Shown piece by piece: positions 24,164 through 36,470 of a DNA stretch of 64,000 bases; within the stretch, counting starts at the first letter, position 1, and every line of letters begins with the position of its first letter. The translations under genes were made by a program, and so were the position numbers. The notes below the pieces were generated by a model, which was not told the origin of the DNA, ran no database searches, and saw only the letters and a list, made by a program, of their open reading frames with translations. Origin of the DNA: Tricharina praecox (taxonomy: Eukaryota); contig NW_026250409.1 of assembly GCF_024521635.1 (NCBI RefSeq), positions 310,001 to 374,000 of the forward strand, given 5' to 3'.

Positions 24164-25445
24164 AGTCCCAGCACTCGAATCACCCGATATTGACGACATA
24201 ACTCAAGCCCATTCCGGTCGCCCTTCGGTCCGAGCGACTCAAATGTATGGCCCTATCCATATAACCATACACAAAGCCCCACATTGAGATGTATTATCAG
24301 AAACCAATCCGATACCTAGTTCATGGTGCTTGTTGTTGGAGGAATTTATGAGACATCCAGCTGACGCTGTTCGTTGTATGCATAGGTACCTCGAAATCCG
24401 TCCCTGTTCCCCTTTCGTACCCATAGTCCGATAGTCGAGTGCTTATTTTTTCTGCTTCACCCTATAATCATCATCTTAATGCACTATGTATCGTGTCCTC
24501 CCCACTACCAGCATATGGTTCTATGATGTGTATGGGGGACTCATCTTCTGTCGCTAAGAGCTGAGTTCCATCTCATAAAGAGGTCCTGATTGGCTGGTGG
24601 ATGGACCAAAGTTTGTAACCATGGCCGTGAATTCATGCCGCCTCGCCGAGAGCGAACCATAACATTTCTGACGGATGGGCCATTGTAGGGCAGTCGGCGG
24701 TCCTTTGCCTCTCGTCCGGCTCTGCTTTCGTAGTCGGCCTTTTACTATCGCGATACATACACCGCATTCAGAAATCTCCAGATACGACAATTGTCTCCGC
24801 CAGTGTTCTCTACCTGAGGAGTGGATAAAAATGTATCTGGGTGTATGTAGGTTGTATGTAGGTGAGGGCGGCCAATGGCTGTTGTCGTTGGCCGAGATCT
24901 CGCTGACTGATTATAGACTGACAGAACACTTGGTGGTGAAAGTACATGAATGGGCGGCACCATCAACTGTCAATCGTGGAGGAGAAATGGGCAGCCTGGA
25001 TGCACGAACGGGAACCTTTATGCATGTCCGAGAGACTCTTGGCTGTATAAACGACAAAGTAGCCAGAGAGATTTTGATATTGGCCACTGGTCAATTTCAA
25101 GAGCCGGGAAAAGAAGGGTTTTACGAGAGTACTATCAGCTCGCTTCTCCCATCGCTGTGCTCTCGGAAGCAGAGTTTATTTAGGGTGGGGTCACATCCCA
25201 CAGCTCCTAACTATCCGAATGTGATGAGCACCCCGATGCCCTTCGCTACTCTCACTCGATATCACATGATTCACTGCTATTCTACCCCTAGCGGCATTTT
25301 CTGCACAGTCATCTCACGTCTTGACACTTCTCCACAAGGTCACCCAAACCAACCCAACAAACCCGCCCGCCCCAAGAACTCAAAAGCAGGACTCCAGATC
25401 CCTAAGACTAAGCTCCACAGCACCGCCTCGCCTCGCCATACAATC

Positions 25446-27190
25446 ATGTGGAGACGCATATATATGCTGTTATTGGCAGTGAGACTGTACTTTTCTCTCG
25501 CGCCGTCTTATATCCATCCCGATGAGCATTTTCAAGGCCCAGAAGTTATTGCTGGTATGTGATTGTCCCTGCATATCGTCCCGAGAACTACCATACATAC
25601 ACTGTCCACCTTCCCCCCTGCCTCTTGGCTCTCCCCACTACTCTCCACACCTGTCGAGGCCGCGATCCGCACATATATGGACGCGCGCGCGGGACTCCGT
25701 ACTTACATTCAGCCCTAACCGCCATGCAGGTCATATCTTCAACTGGCCAACTGTCAGGACATGGGAGTTTACAGTTGAAGCTCCCATTCGGAGCTTCTTT
25801 CCCTTATGGCTCGTTTACGGCTTTCCAATGAAATTCTTGGACTGGGTCTATCCAGGTGCTGAGCCACCGGAGCCGATTGTTATCTTTTACTTCCTACGGA
25901 CAATGTTCTTCTTGGCGTCCTTTGTTCTCGGTATGTCCAGCGATTCCGAATGGCTCGTGAAGGGGCATTGCCCGGTGCTGCATCTTGGAGTGAAGATCTA
26001 GTAGAGTCAACGCTGATACTCGTTCAGAGGACTGGGCCCTTCAAGAGCTCCTGGCGACTCCCCGCCAACGTCGCATCAGTCTGTCGCTGCTGGCCAGCAG
26101 CTATGTGACGTGGACGTATCAGACGCACACATTTTCCAACTCCGTCGAAACCATCGCGGTGCTGTGGTCGTTGGTGCTTATGGAACGGATCTCAAAGTCT
26201 AAGAGCTGGGTCTTCCTTTCACCTGCAGCCCTCGGCTTCACCGTCGTCTTCGGCGTGTTTAACCGCATCACGTTCCCCGCTTTCCTTATCCTGCCGGCGT
26301 ATCGGGTCATTCCTCACTTCCTTCGCAGACCCGTTTCCGTCCTCCCTCTAATCGTCGCCGCCGGGCTCACTGCCGCCCTTGCCATCTCGGTCGACACTTT
26401 CCACTACGCACCAACATCCACTTCCCCCATAATCACCCCTCTGAACAACCTCCTCTACAATAGCAAGACTGAGAACTTGGCACACCACGGTATCCATCCA
26501 TACTACACACATCTGGTCGCAAACCTTCCGCAACTGTTGGGTCCGGCACTTCTCCTTCTCCGTGCGCCGCTCAGCAGCCCCGTGCTCTCGGCAATCGGTG
26601 GAGTCCTCACCCTCTCAGCACTACCCCACCAAGAGGCGCGCTTCCTGCTTCCCGTGATTCCACTCCTGCTCACCTCAGTGACCCTTCCACAAGGCCTCCT
26701 CAGAAAACGCGTCTGGATTGCCTCATGGATGATCTTTAACGCAGCCTATGGCACGCTCCAGGGGATCTACCACCAGGCCGGGATCGTGCCCGCGCAGACA
26801 TTTCTAGCAACCACCAACGTCACCGACGTCCTCTACTGGAAAACCTACAATGCGCCGACCTGGCTGCTGGGGCCGCTCAGCGCACGCACAAATACGACCA
26901 ACCTCATGGGTGCACCCGTGAGCACGTTGCTGTCGGAGCTAGCCAGCAAGTCCAACTGCACCGGTGAAGCATACCTTGCGGCCCCATTGTCAGCCACAAA
27001 ATTGGACCCGCTGCTCGACGCGCCAGAGTTGCCATTTCGCCTCGAGATGGCGTGGAATACCCGCGTTCATCTTAACATGGACGACCTCGACTTTGGAGAG
27101 GATGGTGTAGTCCCTACGCTGCAGAGGGTGGTGGGGAGGAGAGGACTGGGCGTGTGGAGGATACGGAGGAGGGAGTGTGAGGAGGTGTGA
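25446..27190 (+). CDS. SMP3: GPI mannosyltransferase 4 (Smp3/PIG-Z, Alg9-like GT22); exons 25446-25554, 25730-25930, 26028-27190
   Basis: [70 protein letters not shown] and [10 protein letters not shown]. Confidence 0.95.
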
Positions 27191-27831
27191 TTTTCCCTTT
27201 AGATACCCTTTTGTCGTAATGGATTTCTGCGGACTGTGGGCGTTTCCTAGGCTGGGATGGTGATGCCAGTAAGTTGGCTGTAGGATCGGGAATGCATGCA
27301 GGTTTTCTTCATACTACACGTCGTGATCCTGAAAGTAGAAAGGATCCTTTTGTGCCTTTGGTGTCCACGGTACAGAAATGCGACCTAGCGGGCCGACGCC
27401 GGAAACAAGCATGAGATGCGTAGGGCTATCTAATCGAGCCGTAGACAGCCTTTAAGGTCCAGGCCACTGCTCCAGATGGTCCGAATCAAGGAGATAGATA
27501 TAGGCTCACGATCTATTATTTCGAAACCCAAGCACGCAGTTGAATTCTACGAATTGACTCGGAATATGAACGATTTGTAACTCCACCGCCTTCTCGTAAA
27601 CCTGTAGAGCCGCTTCGCGAGAAGTTTGTCGCTGGTTGTATTTCCTATCACTCGTACCCCACACCCACCCCGTGACCGCGAATTCCCACACTAGGGCGCA
27701 GCCCTACCCAGCTTTAGCGCGCACACACACAAATCCCCGACGCTCCAACAACAACGACCAAAAATACCGCCACGACACGCACCCTCACGACCAACGACCC
27801 GAAACGAGACTCCATCACACACGTCGCAGCT

Positions 27832-28117
27832 ATGCCGGTAAGGATCCCCGCCACGAGAAGAAATGCTAGAGAAGGGGAGGATTGACAGGAGCTGACGGAA
27901 CGCGAATACAGTCCCAGAAGTCTTTCCGCACCAAGGTGAAGCTTGCCAAAGCTCAGAAGCAGAACCGCCCCATTCCCCAGTGGATCCGTCTGAGGACCGG
28001 TAACACCATCCGGTAAGCAACCTCCACACCACTCTACATAGACACTGCCTCTAATGATGAGGAAACAGCTACAACGCCAAGAGACGTCACTGGCGCAAGA
28101 CCCGTCTCGGTATCTAA
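27832..28117 (+). CDS. RPL39: 60S ribosomal protein eL39; exons 27832-27837, 27912-28012, 28069-28117
   Basis: Spliced [51 protein letters not shown]. Confidence 0.97.
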
Positions 28118-30216
28118 GCGACTCGCCAACGACCAGCCCTGTTCATTCCTTCCTTTCGACACGATGGATTTTTTTCTCTGGAGGATGTGAGGGAGCGATG
28201 TGGGGATGGGCGATGGGAGGGATTAAAGACCAAAAATAAAATGGGCTTTCATCTGGTGATCTTGTTCGGTGCGGCGACGGCGTTTGCTTTTCAGTTAAGG
28301 GAATGGGATTGCTTTTCACCTACATACGACGGAACGCGCGGCGGGGTGGTGGGAGATAAATGCTTCGTGCGCGACGTGATTGCTCAGCACTCCTTCTCCC
28401 TCGGCGTCACCCTTATTCGAACCAGCGAATCCACTCTCCGGCCATTCGACAACTGGAACCCGCTTCTACGACCGTGTAACTATTAGGCGCCCGCCATCGT
28501 GACTTCCATGACCTCCATATCGGTATATTGAGAGCGGAGAGCGAGTGACTATCCCGAACTTATCGACAGTTCCAGGCGGTCATAATCAGTAATGATGATA
28601 TCCTGAAGTATATACTGCACAGTCTACGGCCCGGACACACGCTCGACGATTTTACGACTCCCAGTAGCTCCCATTCACCTTCCCCATACATACATAGACC
28701 TCATTTTTACTTCGCACGATATTGTGTAGCTCACAACCATGCGATGCATGATGCGGAGCTATTGATCTAGGTGCTTGGGGATTAGTTCGTGCATGTGAAG
28801 GGGTTCAGTCCAGGTCCAGAAACAGTTGAAAGCACAGGAATCTCAGCGGCGGTGGGTCTAAGTGGGGGCGGCAGCTTAGGAGTTTGCGCTGGAGGACGGA
28901 CATAGAGTGGACGGATGTGTCTTCCATGAGTTGAACCCTTACAATGATAACGAGAGCCATTCTCCTTCCACTACACTCTCCACGTAGAGTACCTTCCCTC
29001 TCGAAGCCCTCGATGGCATGCATTTGTTTCTGTCTGGAGTAGCTTCCACGTGTGCTGCTTACAGTGGGAAGGAGCCCTACTCCAATGGATGTTGCACTGA
29101 TATTTCCACACCTTGAAAGTTGACCTCCCGCTTTCAACTGTGGCTGACGATACCTACAATACGGTAGATATGGGCAAGGCTTTTCTTTACGGGGCCATTG
29201 GCTTCACGATATATGCCACAAACATGTCTCCTTGATGTTGAAACCCAGAGTCGACGACCGTGATTCGACATAGATACTTCGCCGTACCCCCCTCCCCCGG
29301 ACGTCCAGAGCTATCGTAGAGCACGCAGCGGCCATGCCTACCCTTCTTACAAGAAGCCCATTCTATTGCACGCATGTCAATGGGTCCTGAATCCTGCCAT
29401 TCAGTAACCAGAGGCCTTCACGGAGCCCCAGAAAGCGCAAACACGATGTGAGTATCGGAAGCATGGGCTACCTAACTATCTCGGCCCAGCTGAGAGCCGG
29501 AAGCTAACTGGCAAGAAACGTTTCCGGCCCCGGCCGAGGAGTTTTTTGGCCGGATAGTTGTGCCGGCTAGTCGCAATGTTTGTGGGGGAGGCTGCTGGGG
29601 GGTTTGGGGGGCAGCGGGGCAGTGGGGCAGTGGGGCAGTGGGGCGACGGGGACGACGGCGGGGGGTGGAAGGGCTAGGGGTACTGGCGGGTATGCGGGTT
29701 TCTGTTCAATGTGCTTTGATCGAAGGGTGTCGAGTCTCCAGATACACAGCTCTTTTCTCCAATGAATAAGTTTACTTTTGAAACGAAGGATTCCTCCGGA
29801 AGGTCGGCGGATACGGTGGTTGTCGGGAAGCGCCAGTCCGCTAGCCAGCAATATCTGAGGCCCGACAGATCACGACGTGACACATGGGGATGGCGAGCTC
29901 GAGTGCATATGTGTGAAGAGCAAGGTCATTGATATCGATGACGAGGTTTCAATGCGAAAATTGGCATTTCAAGGAAGCTTAGCTCCTCCCCATGCCCGTG
30001 TGATCCGTTTGTATGCTAGAGAATATCGCATTGTTGCCTGGCTGAGATAGTGCCCGCATAGCTTACCGGTGGGCAACAAGTCTTTCGAATCGCGGCTACT
30101 CCAGAGGCGGGCAGACGCGATCGGTTTGACCGTGGGAACGCAGGCATGTGATTCGGTGAAATCGGCGCGTCCCCCCCCCTGTCGCGCTGGGGGGAGCGCT
30201 GGTGGGAGCGCTGGTG

Positions 30217-30390
30217 TGACGTCATTTGTATGTCATGGCTGCACTCCACAGATCTACAAACTTGGTGTGACCCCTTCCGCAATGGGAATTGAGCTTCAGG
30301 AACGTCGTAGAGCAGGACGGACGTCATTGATGAGGGGCAGAGAGTGGGAGGGCGAGAGAGGACCCTGATGGCCACTGAATTCTTATAAAA
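30217..30390 (+). promoter_or_regulatory. Stress-gene promoter: CRE/ATF sites, STRE pentamers and TATA box
   Basis: TGACGTCA at 30217-30224, ACGTCAT at 30321-30327, CCCCT/AGGGG near 30271 and 30334, and TATAAAA at 30384-30390, all upstream of the hsp9/12 gene. Confidence 0.6.
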
Positions 30391-30522
30391 CCATTCGTCT
30401 TTCCCGCTTCTCATCTGCTTTTTCTTCTCCATCCTCACAAAACAAGACAATCAACCAACATCCTCACATCCATCCAAACAACTTTCCACAACCAAAACCA
30501 CCCCTCAAACAACATCTTCACC

Positions 30523-30897
30523 ATGTCTGACACTTTCCGCAAGTCTTTCTCCGACCGCGCCGGCGAGAAGATTCAGCCCGATTCCTCCAAGTCCACCCTC
30601 GACAAGGCCACCGAGAACGTCACCACCGCTGCCGACAGTATGTTTCCTTCTTCTCCATCCTCTATCCTGCTCGAACAGATACTAATGCATTGAACAGAGG
30701 TTGCTGGTGAGCTCCAGACCGACTCCTCCAAGTCCAACACCCAGTCGGGCTTCGACAAGTCTCGCCGCGAGAAGGACACCATAGTCGACAAGGTGAGCCC
30801 AACTACTTTTCCGTCCCTCCTCCTACTATCCTCAGTCTACTAACATCCTCAAAAGGTCAAGAACGTCGTCGGACTCGGCAACAACAACCAGGTCTAA
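30523..30897 (+). CDS. HSP12: Hsp9/Hsp12-family small stress protein; exons 30523-30637, 30698-30792, 30856-30897
   Basis: Spliced MSDTFRKSFSDRAGEKIQPDSSKSTLDKATENVTTAADKVAGELQTDSSKSNTQSGFDKSRREKDTIVDKVKNVVGLGNNNQV*. Confidence 0.9.
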
Positions 30898-32195
30898 ATA
30901 CCACAATGATTTGACGATTTGAGCGGGATGGGGCACAATTACGGAGTTTGATTTTGTCTTTTTTTCCTCGTTCTTCTTCATCTGTTGTATGCTAGTTCTG
31001 GCTGTTTGATCATGGGAATTTGATTCTACTACACACAAACGAGCGGGTCCGAAACTGTTGTGACATCTACCTGGACTGCTTGACTCTCTAACAGGATTTG
31101 GTGATCCACCACCACCTGTTTCTATTTGAGACACCGGCATGCCTCATCGCGGGACCACGTTTAAAAGCCCTGTCCTTCACTGGGGCCCGTACCACCAGAG
31201 CTGCACTGTTTCCGTTGGCTTTGCTGTCACTTTCTCGCGTTCATTCTCGGAAATATCATGTCACCCCTGCCGCCTCTCCGCCGTCCGTCAACCTTACACC
31301 GTTCAGCTTGCGATTGCCAGACCGTTCATCGTAACACAATCTGCAATTCTCTTAATCTACTCCCGCGCCCCACTTCTGGAACCCGATCCTTCTTCGCCGA
31401 TTGAACACACCGTCAGTCATAAGATCGATGGTGAAGAAGAACACGTCCGTGTCGGATTCCTTCGCTGCAAGCAACCGACCGGTCCAATCGGAATTGCTTC
31501 CTTGCCCTAGGAAGTTCCATATGTCGCACAATTCATCACACGGGTGATTCTCCGTGACATAGGCACTTCCAGCCCTATCACACGAGCATATCTTATCTTA
31601 TCTGCATACTCCCAAAAGGCTTACTCCCATCCGCGGACGTCTGATTCGCTCATTCCAACGACGTCAGGGGTAGAGTACATAAGTTCCCACTTGTATGTAC
31701 TCTAGATCTCTCTCGGGCAGAAACAAGCTCCAGGCTCCAGCAGTACGGTTCAACCGCCCCGCTGTGTGAGACTTCGAGTTCGCTTTGTCTCCCTTCAAAC
31801 GGAGACTGCTGCAGGACGGACAACTAAAATAGAGGTTTCACAATCGCCTTCCTACCTATCAACATCATCGACAATAAGAACAGCATCATCATCACCGCAT
31901 CGACTGACCCCATCCCGCGACTAGCCGCTGAAAGTCCCCAGCGAAGTGCCGCAGCCAAGCCCTCACCCCCGGTGGAGTGCACATGCCCCCAGTATTCTTA
32001 ATGCCAGCAAGCAGACGGCAGCAGTGAGACTCAACAGACTTCGAACCCGTACCGTATCTTCTGATTCTGCAAAAGCATACTCGAGCGAGTAACCTCTCAC
32101 TTCTTATTTCTTTCTTTCTCTTCCTCTCTTTCTCTTCTGGCCCTTCGTCCGCCCGTCCGTCTGTCCGCCACACTACACATCGAAATACAGGCGAC

Positions 32196-33536
32196 ATGGA
32201 GAACTATGAACACCACAACATCGATGTCGCCACAATGGATCGTGAAGAGCTTCAGGTAGGGCTACATGTGATGGCAATGCATTGCGCCACTTCGATTATT
32301 TGCTGACATGATTCATACTCGAAGGAAGCAGTAACAAGAGCCTACCTCCGCCTATGTCGCAAGGAGATGATCCTCCTTCTGAGCTTGCGATCTCTTCCAG
32401 TGTACGGCGACGCCCATCAACTCGCCTTCCGCCTAGCCGTCCACGACCTCTCGCATCGCACCGACCTCAATGCCGCGCCTAGAATCCATACACCGCCGCC
32501 GACCAATGATTCCTTCCTCTCAACTACCAACTTCCCACCCTCCAGCGACACCCTCGCTTCCTCAGCCCCATCTAGCGAGTCCTTACTGGACCCAACCTAT
32601 CAGCTCGACACCCTCTCGGAAACATCTCTCCTATCTCACCACCTACCCACACTTCCCCCAGAGCTATGGGCGGACATCTTCGAGATCGTAGCAGACTGGG
32701 AGCTCGCTACCGCCCTCGGCGTTCACTCCAACCTGCGCCCAACAGCCGACTGGACACGCTGCGCTTCCTCCTTGGACCAGGCGCTCCTCTCCGGCTCGGT
32801 CTCGCACGTCACCAATCACATCATGCGCCACCCAGCTTCAAAGCTCACTAAATTCGGCGCCAAGGCGATGATCCGCTTCAGCTACACCCACCTGCTTACC
32901 TTCCTGCGCACCACTCGGGCAAGTGAGTTCACCGCCATCTTCTCCGAGCCCTCCTGTCAAATTCCCGTTCTCGCCAGCCGCTTCGGACAAACCAAGGTTT
33001 TAAGCTGGTGGCTCGACGCCTCCGACGCCGCCTCACCCAATGCTCTCCCGCGCGATTACGACGAGGAGCCGTTGGACGAAGCCTCACGCAAGGGTCACAT
33101 CCACGTCCTCCAGTGGTGGAAGACATCCAAGCTGTCTCTCCGGTACGGGCTGGTAATGGACGTGGCCTCGGCGTCTGGCCAGCTGCCCGTGCTGGAATGG
33201 TGGAAGAACTCGGGACTGCCCCTGGAATACGACCGCCACGCCCTCCGCTCCGCCAGCTATCGCGGCGAGGTTGAGGTCCTCGAGTGGTGGAAGCGCTCCG
33301 GTCTGCGTCTCATCTACGACAAGGAGGTCCTCGTCGAAGCTACGAAATTCAACCGCGTCGAAGTCTTGGAATGGTGGAAGCGCTCGGGACTGACCGTGCA
33401 GTACCTACTCATCGAGATCGAGGCGGCGCTGGAAGACGCCATCGGCGGCGGGAAGGAGGCGATGGCTTGGTGGGCTGCGCAGGGGATCCGCTTCGATGTT
33501 ACCGTCCGCGAGTGGATGGAGTATAAAGTGTTGTGA
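32196..33536 (+). CDS. Ankyrin-like repeat protein with F-box-like segment; intron 32256-32324
   Basis: Repeats of AS..G...VLEWWKxSGLxLxY with a 28-29 aa period and LPPELWADIFE upstream. The first exon splices in frame into the 32367 ORF. Confidence 0.8.
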
Positions 33537-35463
33537 TGATCATCGATGGATGGAATGAGAAGGGATTTTCGTAAACTTTTTCTTTGCTTTTGTGCTTTTG
33601 GCTTTGGGATCGAGGTCGAGGTCGGATCAAATGGTGTTGGGTGTTGGGGAGTTTATAACTTTTCTTCTGCTTCTTGATGATTACTTTTTTTCTTTGCTCC
33701 TACTTCTTTCTCCTTTTCTTTCTTTGGCACGGCACAGCGACACACACACACATCACATCGCACATGGTTGGCTTAGCCCATGACGGGCGGACAGGCAGAC
33801 AGGCAGGCAGGCAATTTATATAGATGATAGGATATGGAGTTACTTCTTGCATATGATATGCACTCTAATATCGATCCCGTATGCCCGTCGCCCGGCAATA
33901 TGATATCAATATCTACATCTACATTATGTAGCCAGGCCCAGCAATGCTTTCAACCTTCACTTCATTTCGATCCCGCACACCTTCACGGTCTATCCACACT
34001 CCCTCTATCCTATCCTATCCTTACAGACCAGACCATCTCGCGGAAGCAAGCAAGCAAGCAATACGAAAGAAAAAAACAAACCTGACCAAAGAGAAAAAGA
34101 AAGAAAAGAAAAGCAAAACACCCAGGACTTCAACCCATCCCCATCCCACCCAGCCCCACCGACCGACCGACCGAACGACTCCCCAAATGATATAAGAACA
34201 CGGACATGAATGAGCAAGCAAGCAAGTACGTAGGAAAGTTATCTGCTTCCTCACTGCTCACTTGCCAGCCCCGTCCAGCCAGTGGGCGGGAATAATCCAG
34301 ATGGGGGTATGGACTGCAGTGGCCTCAGGATCCAGGCCCCGGATCTTGGGTCGAGGCAAAAAAAACGCGATGATCCGCCCGACTCCGCAAAAGCACACAA
34401 TCTCCGATATCACTCGCCACGTTGAGAAAATCATGGGGAAGGACGTCTTTCTCCCAACCTGTAAGGCTTGAGGCAAAGGCAAGACTTGAGCCTACAACAT
34501 CAGTGGTCCGATTGAGAAGGATGTAGCTAGTCGACTCCTTCGATACCACTGGGCCGCACATAACTGGGAGTGGTTCTTGGAATCTTCACTTCGTGAGTGT
34601 TTCCGTCACTGACAAATCATCCGTAGCCATACTTTTTACTCGCGATTTTGCTTCAGCCCCCTTATTCATTCCATCCAACAATGCAAATCACTTGTCGATT
34701 GGCCATATGCTTGCCTCACTGCTGGACATATTTACGTTGTATCTCGCCATCATTCGTGCTTGTTCCGCATCATCAACCCTAGGCAACACCCTCCCTCACC
34801 GCGTCGATTATACTTCGAACCTATGGTTGTGCCTATCTATTCTCGGCCACTTTCAACATATCAGGGGTTCGTGGATTGTTTCCTGCAACCTCTGCTCCAC
34901 TTGATAGCCCACAGCAAGCACGGAGGAGAGTTGTCTGGGGCGAGGAGGCCGAGTGGGCATGGCCGAGGAGACAGTGGGCAACATAGTTTTGGGTATAGAA
35001 GTGAGGGTGTAGAGGCCGGCTTTCATACGCACCCGTTTCTTAATAATTAGCTTGAGCCGAAGCGCAAACTGCAGCTGGAGCGAAACAAAATGGAAAGTTT
35101 CAAGCTGGTAATGTCAAGCGTCTGTAAGTTCTCACTGCTTTATCATATTGTTACTCCAATGAAGTACTCATGTATATGTCTCATCCTACTCAAACTACCA
35201 TAGACTGCAGGTATAGGACCTACGTGGATCCACTGGTGGCACCAAAATGGCTGTGATGGGTAGAGTGATGATCTGTGAAGCGATGAAGATTAGATCGCGC
35301 ACAATCGATAACGGTAAATCCCACGCTAGTCACGCTAAGGGTTTTGCCCCTCCCACACCCACAACGGAATTTGACTGTTAGTCGGTGCGCCGTGCTGTTT
35401 GATTTACCTCAGCTTCGAGCTCCATTTCCACTTTCCTTCCACACTCCAACCACAACAGCGAAA

Positions 35464-35722
35464 ATGTGAGTACTATCTACCCCCACCTTCAGCAATCAGC
35501 AACATTTCATTGCGAACATGTCTGCCGAATCCCCCCTGCTGCTGGTGCTGCTTCCCGCGACGAACAATTTACTGATTATGTGATTACAGGAGAGCCAAGT
35601 GGAGAAAGAAGCGTGTTCGCAGACTCAAGCGCAAGAGAAGAAAGACTAGAGCCAGATCGTATGCATCCCACCATTAGGATCCGTGTCGATGTGCAGTTAC
35701 TGACAACCATTACAGCAAGTAA
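35464..35722 (+). CDS. RPL41: Ribosomal protein eL41 (eS32), 25 aa; exons 35464-35465, 35590-35658, 35716-35722
   Basis: Spliced AT|G AGA GCC AAG TGG...AGA TC|C AAG TAA = MRAKWRKKRVRRLKRKRRKTRARSK*, with GTGAGT/GTATGC donors and TACAG acceptors. Confidence 0.95.
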
Positions 35723-36470
35723 ACGCCTCGCCTTTTCCACAATCTAGCGGACGCAACCTTTCCAAACATCATCCTACTATCATGAGCCAACTTTCGAATC
35801 GGTAACAAACGGCGCGGAACGACAACAATCTTTTCTTCTTGTCCATTTTCAAGCGACAACTTATGACGAGCGACGACAATGGAACAAGTGGGGAGGATAC
35901 TTTGTGGTGGAAGGATGGATGCGTTATGAGATGGCTTGATGATTGCTTTTGTTTTCATGTCATTTTGGGAGGAGTTTGCGGGGTTGGGATTGCTGGGAGG
36001 GACTTTGAGGGTTTACGAGCATCTGTTTTCTTGTTCTTGTCTCACAAGAAGCCTACTACAACAAATCAAAAAAGTAGAAGGTACACTCTGATGAAATTTG
36101 TGTGATCGCGTGCTCTCAAACCTCCATTGCGGTTGAAATCTCCGTTGCGGTTGTTACCGCTGTAGTGCGTACGTATGACGCTCGGCCTCTGCCCGCAAGC
36201 CCCCCACCATCGTCGACCCCGCCATCGAAGGGCCTGAACACAAAACGCACCTTTGCGCTTCCTGATGACGCCGCAACCTTGTCTTTAGGACAATTCCCTA
36301 ACTGCGGGATCACGTTGGAGCGCTGGGACTAGTCAATTTACGGCAATAGTGGCTGCTGGCGTCCTGGGGGGAGGCTCCGCCAAAAATTTCTCGGGCTAAA
36401 GAATAATCACGTTCAACAACCACCACCAGCTCTCCAGGTCCATACCTCTTCACCGCAACACCACAGCACC

